Below, in pieces: positions 12,165 to 27,400 of a stretch of 64,000 nt of DNA (position 1 is the stretch's first letter; every line of letters begins with the position of its first letter). This DNA comes from Eledone cirrhosa (lineage: Eukaryota): positions 314,960,001 to 315,024,000 of the forward strand of contig OZ024741.1 of NCBI GenBank assembly GCA_964016885.1. The letters are read 5' to 3'. A program made the position numbers and the translations under genes. The notes beneath the pieces are model-generated. The model was not told the origin of the DNA. It did no database searches and saw nothing but the letters and a program-made list of their open reading frames with translations.

Positions 12165-13984
12165 CTTTTTTATTTTTATTTTATTGTTTATTTATTTATT
12201 AATTTTTTTTTCTCCTCGTGCAATGGCCATACTCGATAACGAGGGGGCAGCTATCATGTATGTACGTATGCATACGTATGTATGTTCGTATGTATAAGTA
12301 TATACCCACACGTTTCATCACCATTGCTTCTTTTTTTTGTAATTTCTGTTGAAGTTGTTCTTGTAACTGTTGTCATAGTTGACGTTGCCCTTAGTTTCAT
12401 TCTCTTTGATTTCCTTCATTTTTCTTTTATCTCGTTAGGGAATTCGTTGACAAGCTTCTTTTATTTATTTTCTTCGTTTTCTTCATTCAAATGCATTCAC
12501 ACTAGCTGTCTCAGAGACGTAAAAATATGGCTTATAAAATTTACTAAAGTAAAGAGCCTTCCAGCCCCCCGCCCACAATGCTTCAAATGCCCCCAACTTG
12601 CTCCCAAACACCCCTCCTGGAGCTCCGACCACGCCCCTTGGGGGTGTATATGCTCCTCATTGAGAACCTTTCGGTTAGACAGATAGCATATTTAATTGTA
12701 TAATCAAAATCATCGATTCGGCAGAACACCAGACAATTCCAATGGGGATGAAATTGTTTAAAACTAACGCAGAATAAACAGATAATTTGAAGAACACAAT
12801 TCAAGAACACAAATTTTAGGGAGAGCTAGATGTAAATATAACAAGTTCACTACTCATAGAAAGTTTATCAGGGACGAAAGAATAGATGTCAAGTTTCTAC
12901 TGAATGAGATATAAACTGTATATGTGAAAGGATAAATGTCATTACAACATGTCATTAACAACAGCATGCTACTGCCTCTGCTAACTAAAAAATTTCAGAA
13001 ATTAAATAATATCTTAATTATGAAGAAACCAAATGTAATATTCTATTATAGCTTTTCACTACTACATTAGTCCATGCTCAAACCCATCTGGAGATAATTT
13101 CCTGTTTAATAACTGTATAATAACTGTATAATTTATCGCTCTTCTGTTGTTATTTAAGCTCAGGTCAGTCATAACTGAGGACACGTATCATCAAAAACAC
13201 TTCAGTCATCTCCATAGTAACATTGAGCTGTCTTACGAACAACATTATGAGTTTTTGACTGCTTTCTTTAGCAGGTCGAGCGGCCATAAAGAAAGTTTCT
13301 CATCCCACTTTTAATAAATATATTAACCATTCAAATAACTTTCTAACAAATAGATTCGCAGAACCAATTAGATATACCCTGGTCTAAGACATTTGCATCT
13401 GTCAGGTTTTGACTGATACAAGACACTCAAATACCATTACTTCATGCATTATCTTATTCAATAGATCATGTTATAGATATTATCTCGATAACTATATATT
13501 TCCCAAACCCAGTTAAAATAAAATTTGAAATACCTCATAACACTCAATCTGATAAAGTCTCAGACGCGTAACATCAAATATATTATCCAGAAATCAAATT
13601 ATATAAGAAGATTAACTATATATTAAATAGTTACGAATTTGCATCAGCCTTGATATATATACCTAAGGCATATATTGCCTATAAGAAATATGACTTACAT
13701 GGCCACGATAATATAAACTGTCATGACATATGTATTGAGAAACCGAACCGATTCGCAATACAAGACTGTTACTTATTCTATCGACTAAGGGTGAAAATCA
13801 CATTTGTACAGAACATAAATGAGTGAAATTAAATGACACAAGAACATATTTTATATTGGTTAAAATAATTATCTTAGCTAGGTAAATTGTTTCAATTATA
13901 TAAGAATGGAGGATTTAGATTGTTCGATGGGAATATATCTCTGGAAATTAGTAGTGATACGAGAAGTTGTCTTCGATGAGAAAT

Positions 13985-14163
13985 AAATAATTGTTTCTAC
14001 TTTTGGCACAAGGCCAGCAATTGCCAGTACAATACTGGTACTTTATTTTATCGACCCCGTAAGGATGAAAGGCAAAGTTAACCTCGGCGAGATTTGAACT
14101 CAGAGCGTTAAGGGAGGTAACTACGCTGGAAAGCATGTCTGACCCTCTACCAATACTACCAAG
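13985..14163 (-). mobile_element. tRNA-derived SINE (first of 11 copies amplified in the macrosatellite)
   Basis: Reverse complement closely matches the SINE at 37677-37860. Confidence 0.9.
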
Positions 14164-14512
14164 TGTTATAGATATGACTAAATATGAGATTGTAACCAAG
14201 TCGTCATTCCCTCGGCAATTATTTTAATTTAAGTACTATGTTATTTAATTTTTAAATTTCCATTTGCTGTAATAAAATTAATAATTAATTTGTAATTTAA
14301 CTGTAACATGTTTTTTGCCTGAACCTGAAAAACATAGTTCCAACACTATATTCTAGTTCTCATTTTTACCACCCACTTGTTTAAAATATAGCTAGTCTTA
14401 CAGAAACCAGGTACCATGATTGCACTAACATATGTAGGCGATAGAGTAAACATGATACGTTGTAATTAGGATACATACTAAATTGTAATGAAATATTTAC
14501 ATCCAGTTTCAG

Positions 14513-15470
14513 GAAGAAAAGACGAACAAATAAAAACATAGGAGAAGACAGCGGAAAAAACGGAGCAGAAGACAGAGATACAGCCAGCGGAAAATACCAC
14601 GGAAAAGACAGTGGAAAAGATGGAGAGAAAGACAACGAAGTCAGTGGAAAAGACAGAGTAAAAGAGAGCGTAGAAGACAGTGGAAAAGACAGATTAAAAG
14701 ACAGCGGAGAAGACAGTGGCAAAGACAGGTGGAAAGACCGAAGGGAAGACATCGGAGAAGACATCGAAGGAGACAGTGGAAAAGACAGAGCTAAAGACAG
14801 CGGAGAAGACAGTGGAAAAGACAGAGCTAAAGACAGCGAAGTCAGTGGAAAAGACGGGGAAAATGACCGAAATAAAGACAGTGGAAAAGAGAGAGTAAAA
14901 GACAGCGGAAAAGACAGCGGAGACAACAGCGGCAAAGACAGAGGAAATGACCGAAGTGAAGACATCGGAGAAGACATCGAAGAAGACAGTGGAAAGACAG
15001 AGAAGACAGAGTAGAAGACAGTGGAAAAGACAGGGGAAATGACCGAAGACAGAGCTAACGACAGCGGAGAAGACAGTGGAAAAGACAGAGCTAAAGACAG
15101 CGAAGGAGACAGTGTAAAAGACAGAGCTAAAGACAGCGAACGAGACAGTGGAAAAGACAGAGAAGACGACAACGTAGAAGAGAGTGAAAAAAAAGGGGAA
15201 ATGACCAAGGTGAAGACATCGGAAAAGACAGCGAAGAAGACAGTGCAAAAGTTAGAGCTAAAGACAGCGCAGTCAGTGGAAAAGACAGCGGAGAAGACAG
15301 AGGTAAAGACAGTCGAAAAGACAGAGAAAAAGACAGCGGAGAAGACAGCAGAAAAGTCAGTGGAAAGGCAGTGGAACAGACAGAGGTGAGAGAGCAGAAA
15401 AGACAGCGGAAAGGACAGCGGAAAAGACAGCGGAGAAGACAGCAGAAAAGTCAGTGGAAAAGGCAGTGGA
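14513..15470 (+). other. Candidate low-complexity exon (KDSG/EDSG/KDRA repeats), repeated in each macrosatellite unit
   Basis: TACTAAA branch-like motif and TTTCAG acceptor (14507-14512), then an open frame KKRRTNKNIGEDSGKNGAEDRDTASGKYHGKDSGKD..; frame shifts occur mainly at A-runs. Confidence 0.3.
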
Positions 15471-18400
15471 ATGGAGGATTTAGATTGTTCGATGGGAATA
15501 TATCTCTGGAAATTAGTAGTGATACGAGAAGTTGTCTTCGATGAGAAATAAATAATTGTTTCTACTTTTGGCACAAGGCCAGCAATTGCCAGTACATTAC
15601 TGGTACTTTATTTTATCGACCCCGTAAGGATGAAAGGCAAAGTTAACCTCGGCGAGATTTGAACTCAGAGCGTTAAGGGAGGTAACTACGCTGGAAAGCA
15701 TGTCTGACCCTCTACCAATACTGCCAAGTGTTATAGATATGACTAAATATGAGATTGTAACCAAGTCGTCATTCCCTTGGCAATTATTTTAATTTAAGTA
15801 CTATGTTATTTAATTTTTAAATTTCCATTTGCTGTAATAAAATTAATAATTAATTTGTAATTTAACTGTAACATGTTTTTTGCCTGAACCTGAAAAACAT
15901 AGTTCTAACACTATATTCTTGTTCTCATTTTTACCACCCACTTGTTCACAATATAGCTAGTCTCACAGAAACCAGGTACCATGATTGCACTAACATATGT
16001 AGGCGATAGAGTAAACATGATACGATGTAATTAGGATACATACTAAATTGTAATGAAATATTTACATCCAGTTTCAGGCCGAAAAGACTAACAAATAAAA
16101 ACATAGGAAAAAGACAGCGGAAAAAACGGAGGAGAAGACAGAGGTACAGCCAGCGGAAAATACCACGGAAAAGACAGTAGAAAATATGGAGAGAAAGACA
16201 ACGAAGTCAGTGGAAAAGACAGAGTAAAAGAGAGAGTAGAAGACAGTGGAAAAGACAGATTAAAGGACAGCGGAGAAGACAGTGGCAAAGACAGTGGGAA
16301 AGACCGAAGGAAAGACATCGGAGAAGACATCGAAGGAGACAGTGGAAAAGACAGAGCTAAAGACAGCGGAAAAGACAGTGGAAAAGAGAGAGTTAAAGAT
16401 TGCGAAGTCAGTGTAAAAAAAGGGGGAAAATGACCGAATTGAAGACAGTGGAAAAGAGAGAGTAAAACACAGCGGAAAAGACAGCGTAGAAGACACCGGC
16501 AAAGACAGAGGAAATGACCGAAGTGAAGACATCGGAGAAGACATCGAAGAAATCAATGGAAAAGACAGAGCTAAAGACAGCGGAGAAGACAGCGGAAAAG
16601 ACAGGGTAAATGACCGAAGTGAAGACATCTGAGAAGACATCGAAGAAGACAGTGGAAAAGACAGAGAAGACAGAGTAGAAGACAGTGGAAAAGACAGGGG
16701 AAATGACCGAGACAGAGCTAAAGACAGCGGAGAAGACAGTGGAAAAGACAGAGCTAAAGACAGCGAAGGAGACAGTGCAAAAGACAGAGTTAAAGACAGC
16801 GAAGGAGAGAGTGGAAAAGACAGAGCTAAAGACAGCGAAGAAGACAGTAGAAAAGACAGAGCTAAACGCAGCGGAGAAGACAGTGGAGAAGACAGAGAAG
16901 ACGACACCGTGGAAGAGAGTGAAAAAAAAGGGGAAATGACAAAGGTGAAGACATCGGAAAAGACAGCGAAGAAGACAGTGCAAAAGTTAGAGCTAAAGAC
17001 AGCGCAGTCAGTGGAAAAGACAGCGGAACAGACAGAGGTAAAGACAGTCGAAAAGACAGAGAAAAAGACAGCGGAGAAGACAGCAGAAAAGTCAGTGGAA
17101 AGGCAGTGGAACAGACAGAGGTGAGAGAGCAGAAAAGACAGCGGAAAGGACAGCGGAAAAGACAGCGGAGAAGACAGCAGAAAAGTCAGTGGAAAAGGCA
17201 GTGGAATGGAGGATTTAGATTGTTCGATGGGAATATATCTCTGGAAAGCTGTAGTGATACGAGAAGTTGTCTTCGATGAGAAATAAATAATTGTTTCTAC
17301 TTTTGGCACAAGGCCAGCAATTGCCAGTACATTACTGGTACTTTATTTTATCGACCCCGTAAGGATGAAAGGCAAAGTTAACCTCGGCGAGATTTGAACT
17401 GAGAGCGTTAAGGGAGGTAACTACGCTGGAAAGCATGTCTGACCCTCTACCAATACTGCCAGAGGTAAAGACAGTGTAAAAGATGGAGAAAAAGACAGCG
17501 ATGTCAGTGGAAAAGACAGAGTAAAAGAGAGCGTAGAAGACAGTGGAAAAGACAGGGGGAAAGACCGAAGGGAAGACATCGGAGAAGACACCGAAGGAGA
17601 CAGTGGAAAAGACAGAGCTACAGACAGCGGAGAAGACAGTGGAAAAGACAGAGAAGACGACACCATAGAAGAGAGTGAAAAAAAGGGGGAAATGACCAAG
17701 GTGAAGACATTGGAAAAGACAGCGAAGAAGACAGTGCAAAAGTCAGAGCTAAAGACAGCGCAGTCAGTGGAAAAGACAGCGGAACAGACAGAGGTAAAGA
17801 CAGTCGAAAAGACAGAGAAAAAGACGGCGGAGAAGATAGCAGAAAATTCAGTGGAAAAGGCAGTGGAACAGACAGAGGTGAAGAGAGCAGAAAAGACAGC
17901 GGAAAGGACAGCGGAGAAGACAGCAGAAAAGTCAGTGGAAAAAGCAGTGGAATGGAGGATTTAGATTGTTCGATGGGAATATATCTCTGGAAATTAGTAG
18001 TGATACGAGAAGTTGTCTTCGATGAGAAATAAATAATTGTTTCTACTTTTGGCATTACTTTGGCATTACTGGTACTTTATTTTATCGACCTCGTAAGGAT
18101 GAAAGGCAAAGTTAACCTCGGCGAGATTTGAACTCAGAGCGTTAAGGGAGGTAACTACGCTGGAAAGGATGTCTGACCCTCTACCAATACTGCCAAGTGT
18201 TATAGATACGACTAAATATGAGATTGTAACCAAGTCGTCATTCCCTTGGCAATTATTTTAATTTAAGTACTATGTTATTTAATTTTTAAGTTTCCATCTG
18301 CTGTAATAAAATTAATAATTAATTTGTAATTTAACTGTAACATGTTTTTTTGCCTGAACCTGAAAAACATAGTTCCAACACTATATTCTAGTTCTCATTT

Positions 18401-21400
18401 TTACCACCCACTTGTTCAAAATATAGCTAGTCTCACAGAAAAAAGGTACCATGATTGCACTAACATATGTAGGCGATAGAGTAAACATGATGCGTTGTAA
18501 TTAGGATACATACTAAATTGTAATGAAATATTTACATCCAGTTTCAGGAAGAAAAGACGAACAAATAAAAACATAGGAGAAGACAGCGGAAAAAACGGAG
18601 GAGAAGACAGAGGTACAGCCAGCGGAAAATACCACGGAAAAGACAGTGGAAAAGATGAAGAGAAAGACAACGAAGTCAGTGGAAAAAACAGAGTAAAAGA
18701 GAGCGTAGAAGACAGTGGAAAAGACAGATTAAAGGACAGCGGAGAAGACAGTGGCAAAGACAGGGGTAAAGACCGAAGGGAAGACATCGGAGAAGACATC
18801 GAAGGAGACAGTGGAAAAGGCAGAGCTAAAGACAGCGGAGAAAACAGTGGAAAAGACAGAGCTAAAGACAGTGAAGTCAGTGGAAAAGACGGGGAAAATG
18901 ACCGAATTGAAGACAGTGGAAAAGAGAGAGTAAAACACAGCGGAAAAGACAGCGTAGAAGACACCGGCAAAGACAGAGGAAATGACCGAAGTGAAGACAT
19001 CGGAGAAGACATCGAAGAAATCAGTGGGAAAGACAGAGCTAAAGACAGCGGAGAAGACAGCGGAAAAGACAGGGGAAATGACCGAAGTGAATACATCGGA
19101 GAAGACATCGAAGAAGACAGTGGAAAAGACAGAGAAGACAGAGTAGAAGACAGTGGAAAAGACAGGGGAAATGACCGAAGACAGAGCTAAAGACAGCGGA
19201 GAAGACAGTGGAAAAGACAGAGCTAAAGACAGCGAAGGAGACAGTGCAAAAGACAGAGCTAAAGACAGCGAAGGAGAGAGTGGAAAAGACAGAGCTAAAG
19301 ACAGCGAAGAAGACAGTGGAAAAGACGGAGCTAAAGACAGCGGAGAAGACAGTGGAAAAGACAGAGAAGACGACACCGTAGAAGAGAGTAAAAAAAAAGG
19401 GGAAATGACCAAGGTGAAGACATCGGAAAAGACAGCGAAGAAGACATTGCAAAAGTCAGAGCTAAAGACAGCGCAGTCAGTGGAAAAGACAGCGGAACAG
19501 ACAGAGGTAAAGACAGTTGAAAAGACAGAGAAAAAGACAGCGGAAAAGACAGCAGAAAATTCAGTGGAAAAGGCAGTGGAACAGACAGATGTGAAGAGAG
19601 CAGAAAAGACAGCGGAAAGGACAGCGGAAAAGACAGCGGAGAAGACAGCAGAAAAGTCAGTGGAAAAGGCAGTGGAATGGAGGATTTAGATTGTTCGATG
19701 GGAATATATCTCTGGAAATTAGTAGTGATACGAGAAGTTGTCTTCGATGAGAAATAAATAATTGTTTCTACTGTTGGCACAAGGCCAGCAATTGCCAGTA
19801 CATTACTGGTACTTTATTTTATCGACCCCGTAAGGATGAAAGGCAAAGTTAACCTCGGCGAGATTTGAACTCAGAGCGTTAAGGGAGGTAACTACGCTGG
19901 AAAGCATGTCTGACCCTCTACCAATACTGCCAAGTGTTATAGATATGACAAAATATGAGATTGTAACCAAGTCGTCATTCCCTTGGCAATTATTTTAATT
20001 TAAGTACTATGTTATTTAATTTTTAAATTTCCATTTGCTGTAATAAAATTAATAATTAATTTGTAATTTAACTGTAACATGTTTTTTGCCTGAACCTGAA
20101 AAACATAGTTCTAACACTATATTCTTGTTCTCATTTTTACCACCCACTTGTTCACAATATAGCTAGTCTCACAGAAACCAGGTACCATGATTGCACTAAC
20201 ATATGTAGGCGATAGAGTAAACATGATACGATGTAATTAGGATACATACTAAATTGTAATGAAATATTTACATCCAGTTTCAGGCCGAAAAGACTAACAA
20301 ATAAAAACATAGGAAAAAGGCAGCGGAAAAAACGGAGGAGAAGACAGAGGTACAGCCAGCGGAAAATACCACGGAAAAGACAGTAGAAAATATGGAGAGA
20401 AAGACAACGAAGTCAGTGGAAAAGACAGAGTAAAAGAGAGAGTAGAAGACAGTGGAAAAGACAGATTAAAGGACAGCGGAGAAGACAGTGGCAAAGACAG
20501 TGGGAAAGACCGAAGGGAAGACATCGGAGAAGACATCGAAGGAGACAGTGGAAAAGACAGAGCTAAAGACAGCGGAAAAGACAGTGGAAAAGAGAGAGTT
20601 AAAGATTGCGAAGTCAGTGTAAAAAAAGGGGGAAAATGACCGAATTGAAGACAGTGGAAAAGAGAGAGTAAAACACAGCGGAAAAGACAGCGGAGAAGAT
20701 AGCGGCAAAGACAGAGGAAATGACCGAAGTGAAGACATCGGAGAAGACATCGAAGAAATCAATGGAAAAGACAGAGCTAAAGACAGCGGAGAAGACAGCG
20801 GAAAAGACAGGGGAAATGACCGAAGTGAAGACATCTGAGAAGACATCGAAGAAGACAGTGGAAAAGACAGAGAAGACAGAGTAGAAGACAGTGGAAAAGA
20901 CAGGGGAAATGACCGAAGACAGAGCTAAAGACAGCGGAGAAGACAGTGGAAAAGACAGAGCTAAAGACAGCGAAGGAGAGAGTGGAAAAGACAGAGCTAA
21001 AGACAGCGAAGAAGACAGTGGAGAAGACAGAGAAGACGACACCGTAGAAGAGAGTGAAAAAAAAGGGGAAATGACCAAGGTGAAGACATCGGAAAAGACA
21101 GCGAAGAAGACAGTGCAAAAGTTAGAGCTAAAGACAGCGCAGTCAGTGGAAAAGACAGCGGAACAGACAGAGGTAAAGACAGTCGAAAAGACAGAGAAAA
21201 AGACAGCGGAGAAGACAGCAGAAAAGTCAGTGGAAAGGCAGTGGAACAGACAGAGGTGAGAGAGCAGAAAAGACAGCGGAAAGGACAGCGGAAAAGACAG
21301 CGGAGAAGACAGCAGAAAAGTCAGTGGAAAAGGCAGTGGAATGGAGGATTTAGATTGTTCGATGTGAATATATCTCTGGAAAGCTGTAGTGATACGAGAA

Positions 21401-24400
21401 GTTGTCTTCGATGAGAAATAAATAATTGTTTCTACTTTTGGCACAAGGCCAGCAATTGCCAGTACATTACTGGTACTTTATTTTATCGACCCCGTAAGGA
21501 TGAAAGGCAAAGTTAACCTCGGCGAGATTTGAACTGAGAGCGTTAAGGGAGGTAACTACGCTGGAAAGCATGTCTGACCCTCTACCAATACTGCCAGAGG
21601 TAAAGACAGTGTAAAAGATGGAGAAAAAGACAGCGATGTCAGTGGAAAAGACAGAGTAAAAGAGAGCGTAGAAGACAGTGGAAAAGACAGGGGGAAAGAC
21701 CGAAGGGAAGACATCGGAGAAGACACCGAAGGAGACAGTGGAAAAGACAGAGCTACAGACAGCGGAGAAGACAGTGGAAAAGACAGAGAAGACGACACCA
21801 TAGAAGAGAGTGAAAAAAAGGGGGAAATGACCAAGGTGAAGACATTGGAAAAGACAGCGAAGAAGACAGTGCAAAAGTCAGAGCTAAAGACAGCGCAGTC
21901 AGTGGAAAAGACAGCGGAACAGACAGAGGTAAAGACAGAGAAAAAGACAGCGGAGAAGATAGCAGAAAATTCAATGGAAAAGGCAGTGGAACAGACAGAG
22001 GTGAAGAGAGCAGAAAAGACAGCGGAAAGGACAGCGGAGAAGACAGCAGAAAAGTCAGTGGAAAAAGCAGTGGAATGGAGGATTTAGATTGTTCGATGGG
22101 AATATATCTCTGGAAATTAGTAGTGATACGAGAAGTTGTCTTCGATGAGAAATAAATAATTGTTTCTACTTTTGGCATTACTTTGGCATTACTGGTACTT
22201 TATTTTATCGACCCCGTAAGGATGAAAGGCAAAGTTAACCTCGGCGAGATTTGAACTCAGAGCGTTAAGGGAGGTAACTACGCTGGAAAGGATGTCTGAC
22301 CCTCTACCAATACTGCCAAGTGTTATAGATACGACTAAATATGAGATTGTAACCAAGTCGTCATTCCCTTGGCAATTATTTTAATTTAAGTACTATGTTA
22401 TTTAATTTTTAAGTTTCCATCTGCTGTAATAAAATTAATAATTAATTTGTAATTTAACTGTAACATGTTTTTTTGCCTGAACCTGAAAAACATAGTTCCA
22501 ACACTATATTCTAGTTCTCATTTTTACCACCCACTTGTTCACAATATAGCTAGTCTCACAGAAAAAAGGTACCATGATTGCACTAACATATGTAGGCGAT
22601 AGAGTAAACATGATACGTTGTAATTAGGATACATACTAAATTGTAATGAAATATTTACATCCAGTTTCAGGAAGAAAAGACGAACAAATAAAAACATAGG
22701 CGAAGACAGCGGAAAAAACGGAAGAGAAGACAGAGGTACAGCCAGCGGAAAATACCACGGAAAAGACAGTGGAAAAGATGAAGAGAAAGACAACGAAGTC
22801 AGTGGAAAAAACAGAGTAAAAGAGAGCGTAGAAGACAGTGGAAAAGACAGATTAAAGGACAGCGGAGAAGACAGTGGCAAAGACAGGGGTAAAGACCGAA
22901 GGGAAGACATCGGAGAAGACATCGAAGGAGACAGTGGAAAAGACAGAGCTAAAGACAGCGGAGAAAACAGTGGAAAAGACAGAGCTAAAGACAGTGAAGT
23001 CAGTGGAAAAGACGGGGAAAATGACCGAATTGAAGACAGTGGAAACGAGAGAGTAAAACACAGCGGAAAAGACAGCGTAGAAGACACCGGCAAAGACAGA
23101 GGAAATGACCGAAGTGAAGACATCGGAGAAGACATCGAAGAAATCAGTGGAAAAGACAGAGCTAAAGACAGCGGAGAAGACAGCGGAAAAGACAGGGGAA
23201 ATGACCGAAGTGAATACATCGGAGAAGACATCGAAGAAGACAGTGGAAAAGACAGAGAAGACAGAGTAGAAGACAGTGGAAAAGACAGGGGAAATGACCG
23301 AAGACAGAGCTAAAGACAGCGGAGAAGACAGTGGAAAAGACAGAGCTAAAGACAGCGAAGGAGACAGTGCAAAAGACAGAGCTAAAGACAGCGAAGGAGA
23401 GAGTGGAAAAGACAGAGCTAAAGACAGCGAAGAAGACAGTGGAAAAGACAGAGCTAAAGACAGCGGAGAAGACAGTGGAAAATTCAGTGGAAAAGGCAGT
23501 GGAACAGACAGATGTGAAGAGAGCAGAAAAGACAGCGGAAAAGACAGCGGAAAAGACAGCGGAGAAGACAGCAGAAAAGTCAGTGGAAAAGGCAATGGAA
23601 TGGAGGATTTAGATTGTTCGATGGGAATATATCTCTGGAAATTAGTAGTGATACGAGAAGTTGTCTTCGATGAGAAATAAATAATTGTTTCTACTTTTGG
23701 CACAAGGCCAGCAATTGCCAGTACATTACTGGTACATTATTTTATCGACCCCGTAAGGATGAAAGGCAAAGTTAACCTCGGCGAGATTTGAACTCAGAGC
23801 GTTAAGGGAGGTAACTACGCTGGAAAGCATGTCTGACCCTCTACCAATACTGCCAGAGGTAAAGACAGTGTAAAAGATGGAGAAAAAGACAGCGATGTCA
23901 GTGGAAAAGACAGAGTAAAAGAGAGCGTAGAAGACAGTGGAAAAGACAGGGGGAAAGATCGAAGGGAAGACATCGGAGAAGACACCGAAGGAGACAGTGG
24001 AAAAGACAGAGCTACAGACAGCGGAGAAGACAGTGGAAAAGACAGAGAAGACGACACCATAGAAGAGAGTGAAAAAAAGGGGGAAATGACCAAGGTGAAG
24101 ACATTGGAAAAGACAGCGAAGAAGACAGTGCAAAAGTCAGAGCTAAAGACAGCGCAGTCAGTGGAAAAGACAGCGGAACAGACAGAGGTAAAGACAGTCG
24201 AAAAGACAGAGAAAAATACAGCGGAGAAGACAGCAGAAACGTCAGAGGTAAAGACAGTCGAAAAGACAGAGAAAAAGACAGCGGAGAAGATAGCAGAAAA
24301 TTCAGTGGAAAAGGCAGTGGAACAGACAGAGGTGAAGAGAGCAGAAAAGACAGCGGAAAGGACAGCGGAAAAGACAGCGGAGAAGACAGCAGAAAAGTCA

Positions 24401-27400
24401 GTGGAAAAAGCAGTGGAATGGAGGATTTAGATTGTTCGATGGGAATATATCTCTGGAAATTAGTAGTGATACGAGAAGTTGTCTTCGATGAGAAATAAAT
24501 AATTGTTTCTACTTTTGGCACAAGGCCAGCAATTGCCAGTACAATACTGGTACTTTATTTTATCGACCCCGTAAGGATGAAAGGCAAAGTTAACCTCGGC
24601 GAGATTTGAACTCAGAGCGTTAAGGGAGGTAACTACGCTGGAAAGGATGTCTGACCCTCTACCAATACTGCCAAGTGTTATAGATATGACTAAATATGAG
24701 ATTGTAACCAAGTCGTCATTCCCTCGGCAATTATTTTAATTTAAGTACTATGTTATTTAATTTTTAAATTTCCATTTGCTGTAATAAAATTAATAATTAA
24801 TTTGTAATTTAACTGTAACATGTTTTTTGCCTGAACCTGAAAAACATAGTTCTATCTCTATATTCTAGTTCTCATTTTTACCACCCACTTGTTCACAATA
24901 TAGCTAATCTCACAGAAACCAGGTACCATGATTGCACTAACATATGTAGGCGATAGAGTAAACATGATACGTTGTAATTAGGATACATAATAAATTGTAA
25001 TGAAATATTTATATCCAGTTTCAGGCCGAAAAGACGAACAAATAAAAACATAGGAAAAGACAGCGGAAAAAACGGAGGAGAAGACAGAGGTACAGCCAGC
25101 GGAAAATACCACGGAAAAGACAGTGAAAAAGACGGAGAAAAAGACAGCGAAGTCAATGGAAAAGACAGAGTAAAAGAGAGCGTAGAAGACACTGGAAAAG
25201 ACAGAGGTACAGGCAGCGGAATTGACAGACTTAAAAACAGTGGAAAAGAGAGCTGGAGCGTCAGAGGTAAAGACAGTGGAAAAGATGGAGAAAAAGACAG
25301 CGAAGTCAGTGGAAAAGACAGAGTAAAAGAGAGCGTAGAAGACAGTGGAAAAGACAGATTAAAAGACAGCGGAGAAGACAGTTGCAAAGACAGGGGGAAA
25401 GACCGGAGGGAAGACATCGAGAAGATATCGAAGGAGACAGTGGAAAAGACAGAGCTAAAGACAGCGGAGAAGATGACACCGTAGAAGAGAGTGAAAAAAA
25501 AAGGGTAAATGACCGAGGTGAAAACATCGGAAAAGAAAGCGAAGCAGACAGTAGAAAAGTCAGAGCTAAAGACAGCGAAGTCAGTGGAAAAGACGGGGAA
25601 AATGACCAAAGTGAAGACAGTGGAAAAGAGAGAGTAAAGACAGCGGAAAAGACAGCGGAGAAGACAGCGGCAAAGACAGTGGAAATAACCGAAGTGAAGA
25701 CATTGGAGAAGACATCGAAGAAATCAAAGGAAAAGACAGAGCTAAAGACAGCGGAGAAAACAGCGGTAAAGACAGGGGAAATGACCGAAGTAAAGACATC
25801 GGAGAAGACATCGACGAAGACAGTGGAAAAGACAGAGTTAAAGACAGCGGAGAAGACAGCGGAAAAGACAGGGGAAATGACCGAAGTGAAGACATCGGAG
25901 AAGACATCGAAGAAGACAGTGGAAAAGACAACGCAAATGACAGCGGAGAAGACAGCGCAAAAGACAGCGGAGAAGACAGAGAAGACAGAGTAGAAGACAA
26001 TGGAAAAAAGAGAGAAGAAGACAGCGTAGAAGACAGTGGAAAAGAAAGTGGAAATGACCGAGGTGAAGACATCGGAGAAGACATCGAAGAAGACAGTGCA
26101 AAAGACAGAGCTAAAGACAGCGGAGAAGACAGTGGAAAAGACAGAGCTAAAGACAGCGGAGAAGACAGTGGAAAAGACAGAGCTAAAGACAGAGAAGACA
26201 ACACCATAGAAGAGAGTGAAAAATAAAGGGGGAAAGGACCGGGGCGAAGACATCGGAAAAGACAGCGAAGGAGACAGTGGAAAAGACAGAGCTAAAGACA
26301 GCGGAAAAGAATGCGGAAAAGACAGAGCTAAAGACAGAGCTAAAGACAGCGGAGAAGACAGTAGAAAAGACAGAGCTAAAGACAGTGAAGAAGACAGTGG
26401 AAAAGACAGAGCTAAAGACAGCGGAGAAGACAGTGGAAAAGACAGAGCTAAAGACAGCGGAGAAGACAGTGGAAAAGACAGAGAAGACGACACTGTAGAA
26501 GAGAGTTAAAAAAAGGGAAAAATGACCAAGGTGAAACATCGGAAAAGACAGCGAAGAAGACAGTGCAAAAGTCAGAGTTAAAGACAGCGAAGTCAGTGGA
26601 AAAGACAGCGGAACAGACAAAGGTAAAGACAGTCGAAAAGACAGAGAAAAAGACAGCAGAGAAGACAGCAGAAAAGTCAGTGGAAAAAGCAGTGGAACAG
26701 ACAGAGGTGAAGAGAGCAGAAAAGACAGCGGAAAGGACAGCGGAAAGGACAGCGGAGAAGACAGCAGAAAAGTCAGTGGAAAAGGCAGTGGAATGGAGGA
26801 TTTAGATTGTTCGATGGGAATATATCTCTGGAAATTAGTAGTGATACGAGAAGTTGTCTTCGATGAGAAATAAATAATGGTTTCTACTTTTGGCACAAGG
26901 CCAGCAATTGCCAGTACATTACTGGTACTTTATTTTATCGACCCCGTAAGGATGAAAGGCAAAGTTAACCTCGGCGAGATTTGAATTCAGAGCGTTAAGG
27001 GACGTAACTACGGTGGAAAGCATGTCTGACCCTCTACCAATACTGCCAAGTCTTATAGATATGACTAAATTTGAGATTGTAACCAAGTCGTCATTCCCTC
27101 GGCAATTATTTTAATTTAAGTACTATGTTATTTAATTTTTGAATTTCCATTTGCTGTAATAAAATTAATAATTAATTTGTAATTTAACTGTAACATGTTT
27201 TTTGCCTGAACCTGAAAAACATAGTTCCAACACTATATTTTAGTTCTCATTTTTACCACCCACTTGTTCAAAATATAGCTAGTCTCACAGAAACCAGGTA
27301 CCATGATTGCACTAACATATGTAGGCGATAGAGTAAACATGATACGTTGTAATTAGGATACATACTAAATTGTAATGAAATATTTACATCCACTTTCAAG

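Noticed and set aside
12282-12686. 134-aa hydrophobic ORF or possible minus-strand exon
   Set aside because: Low complexity, no recognisable domain, and stops interrupt the opposite-strand frames.
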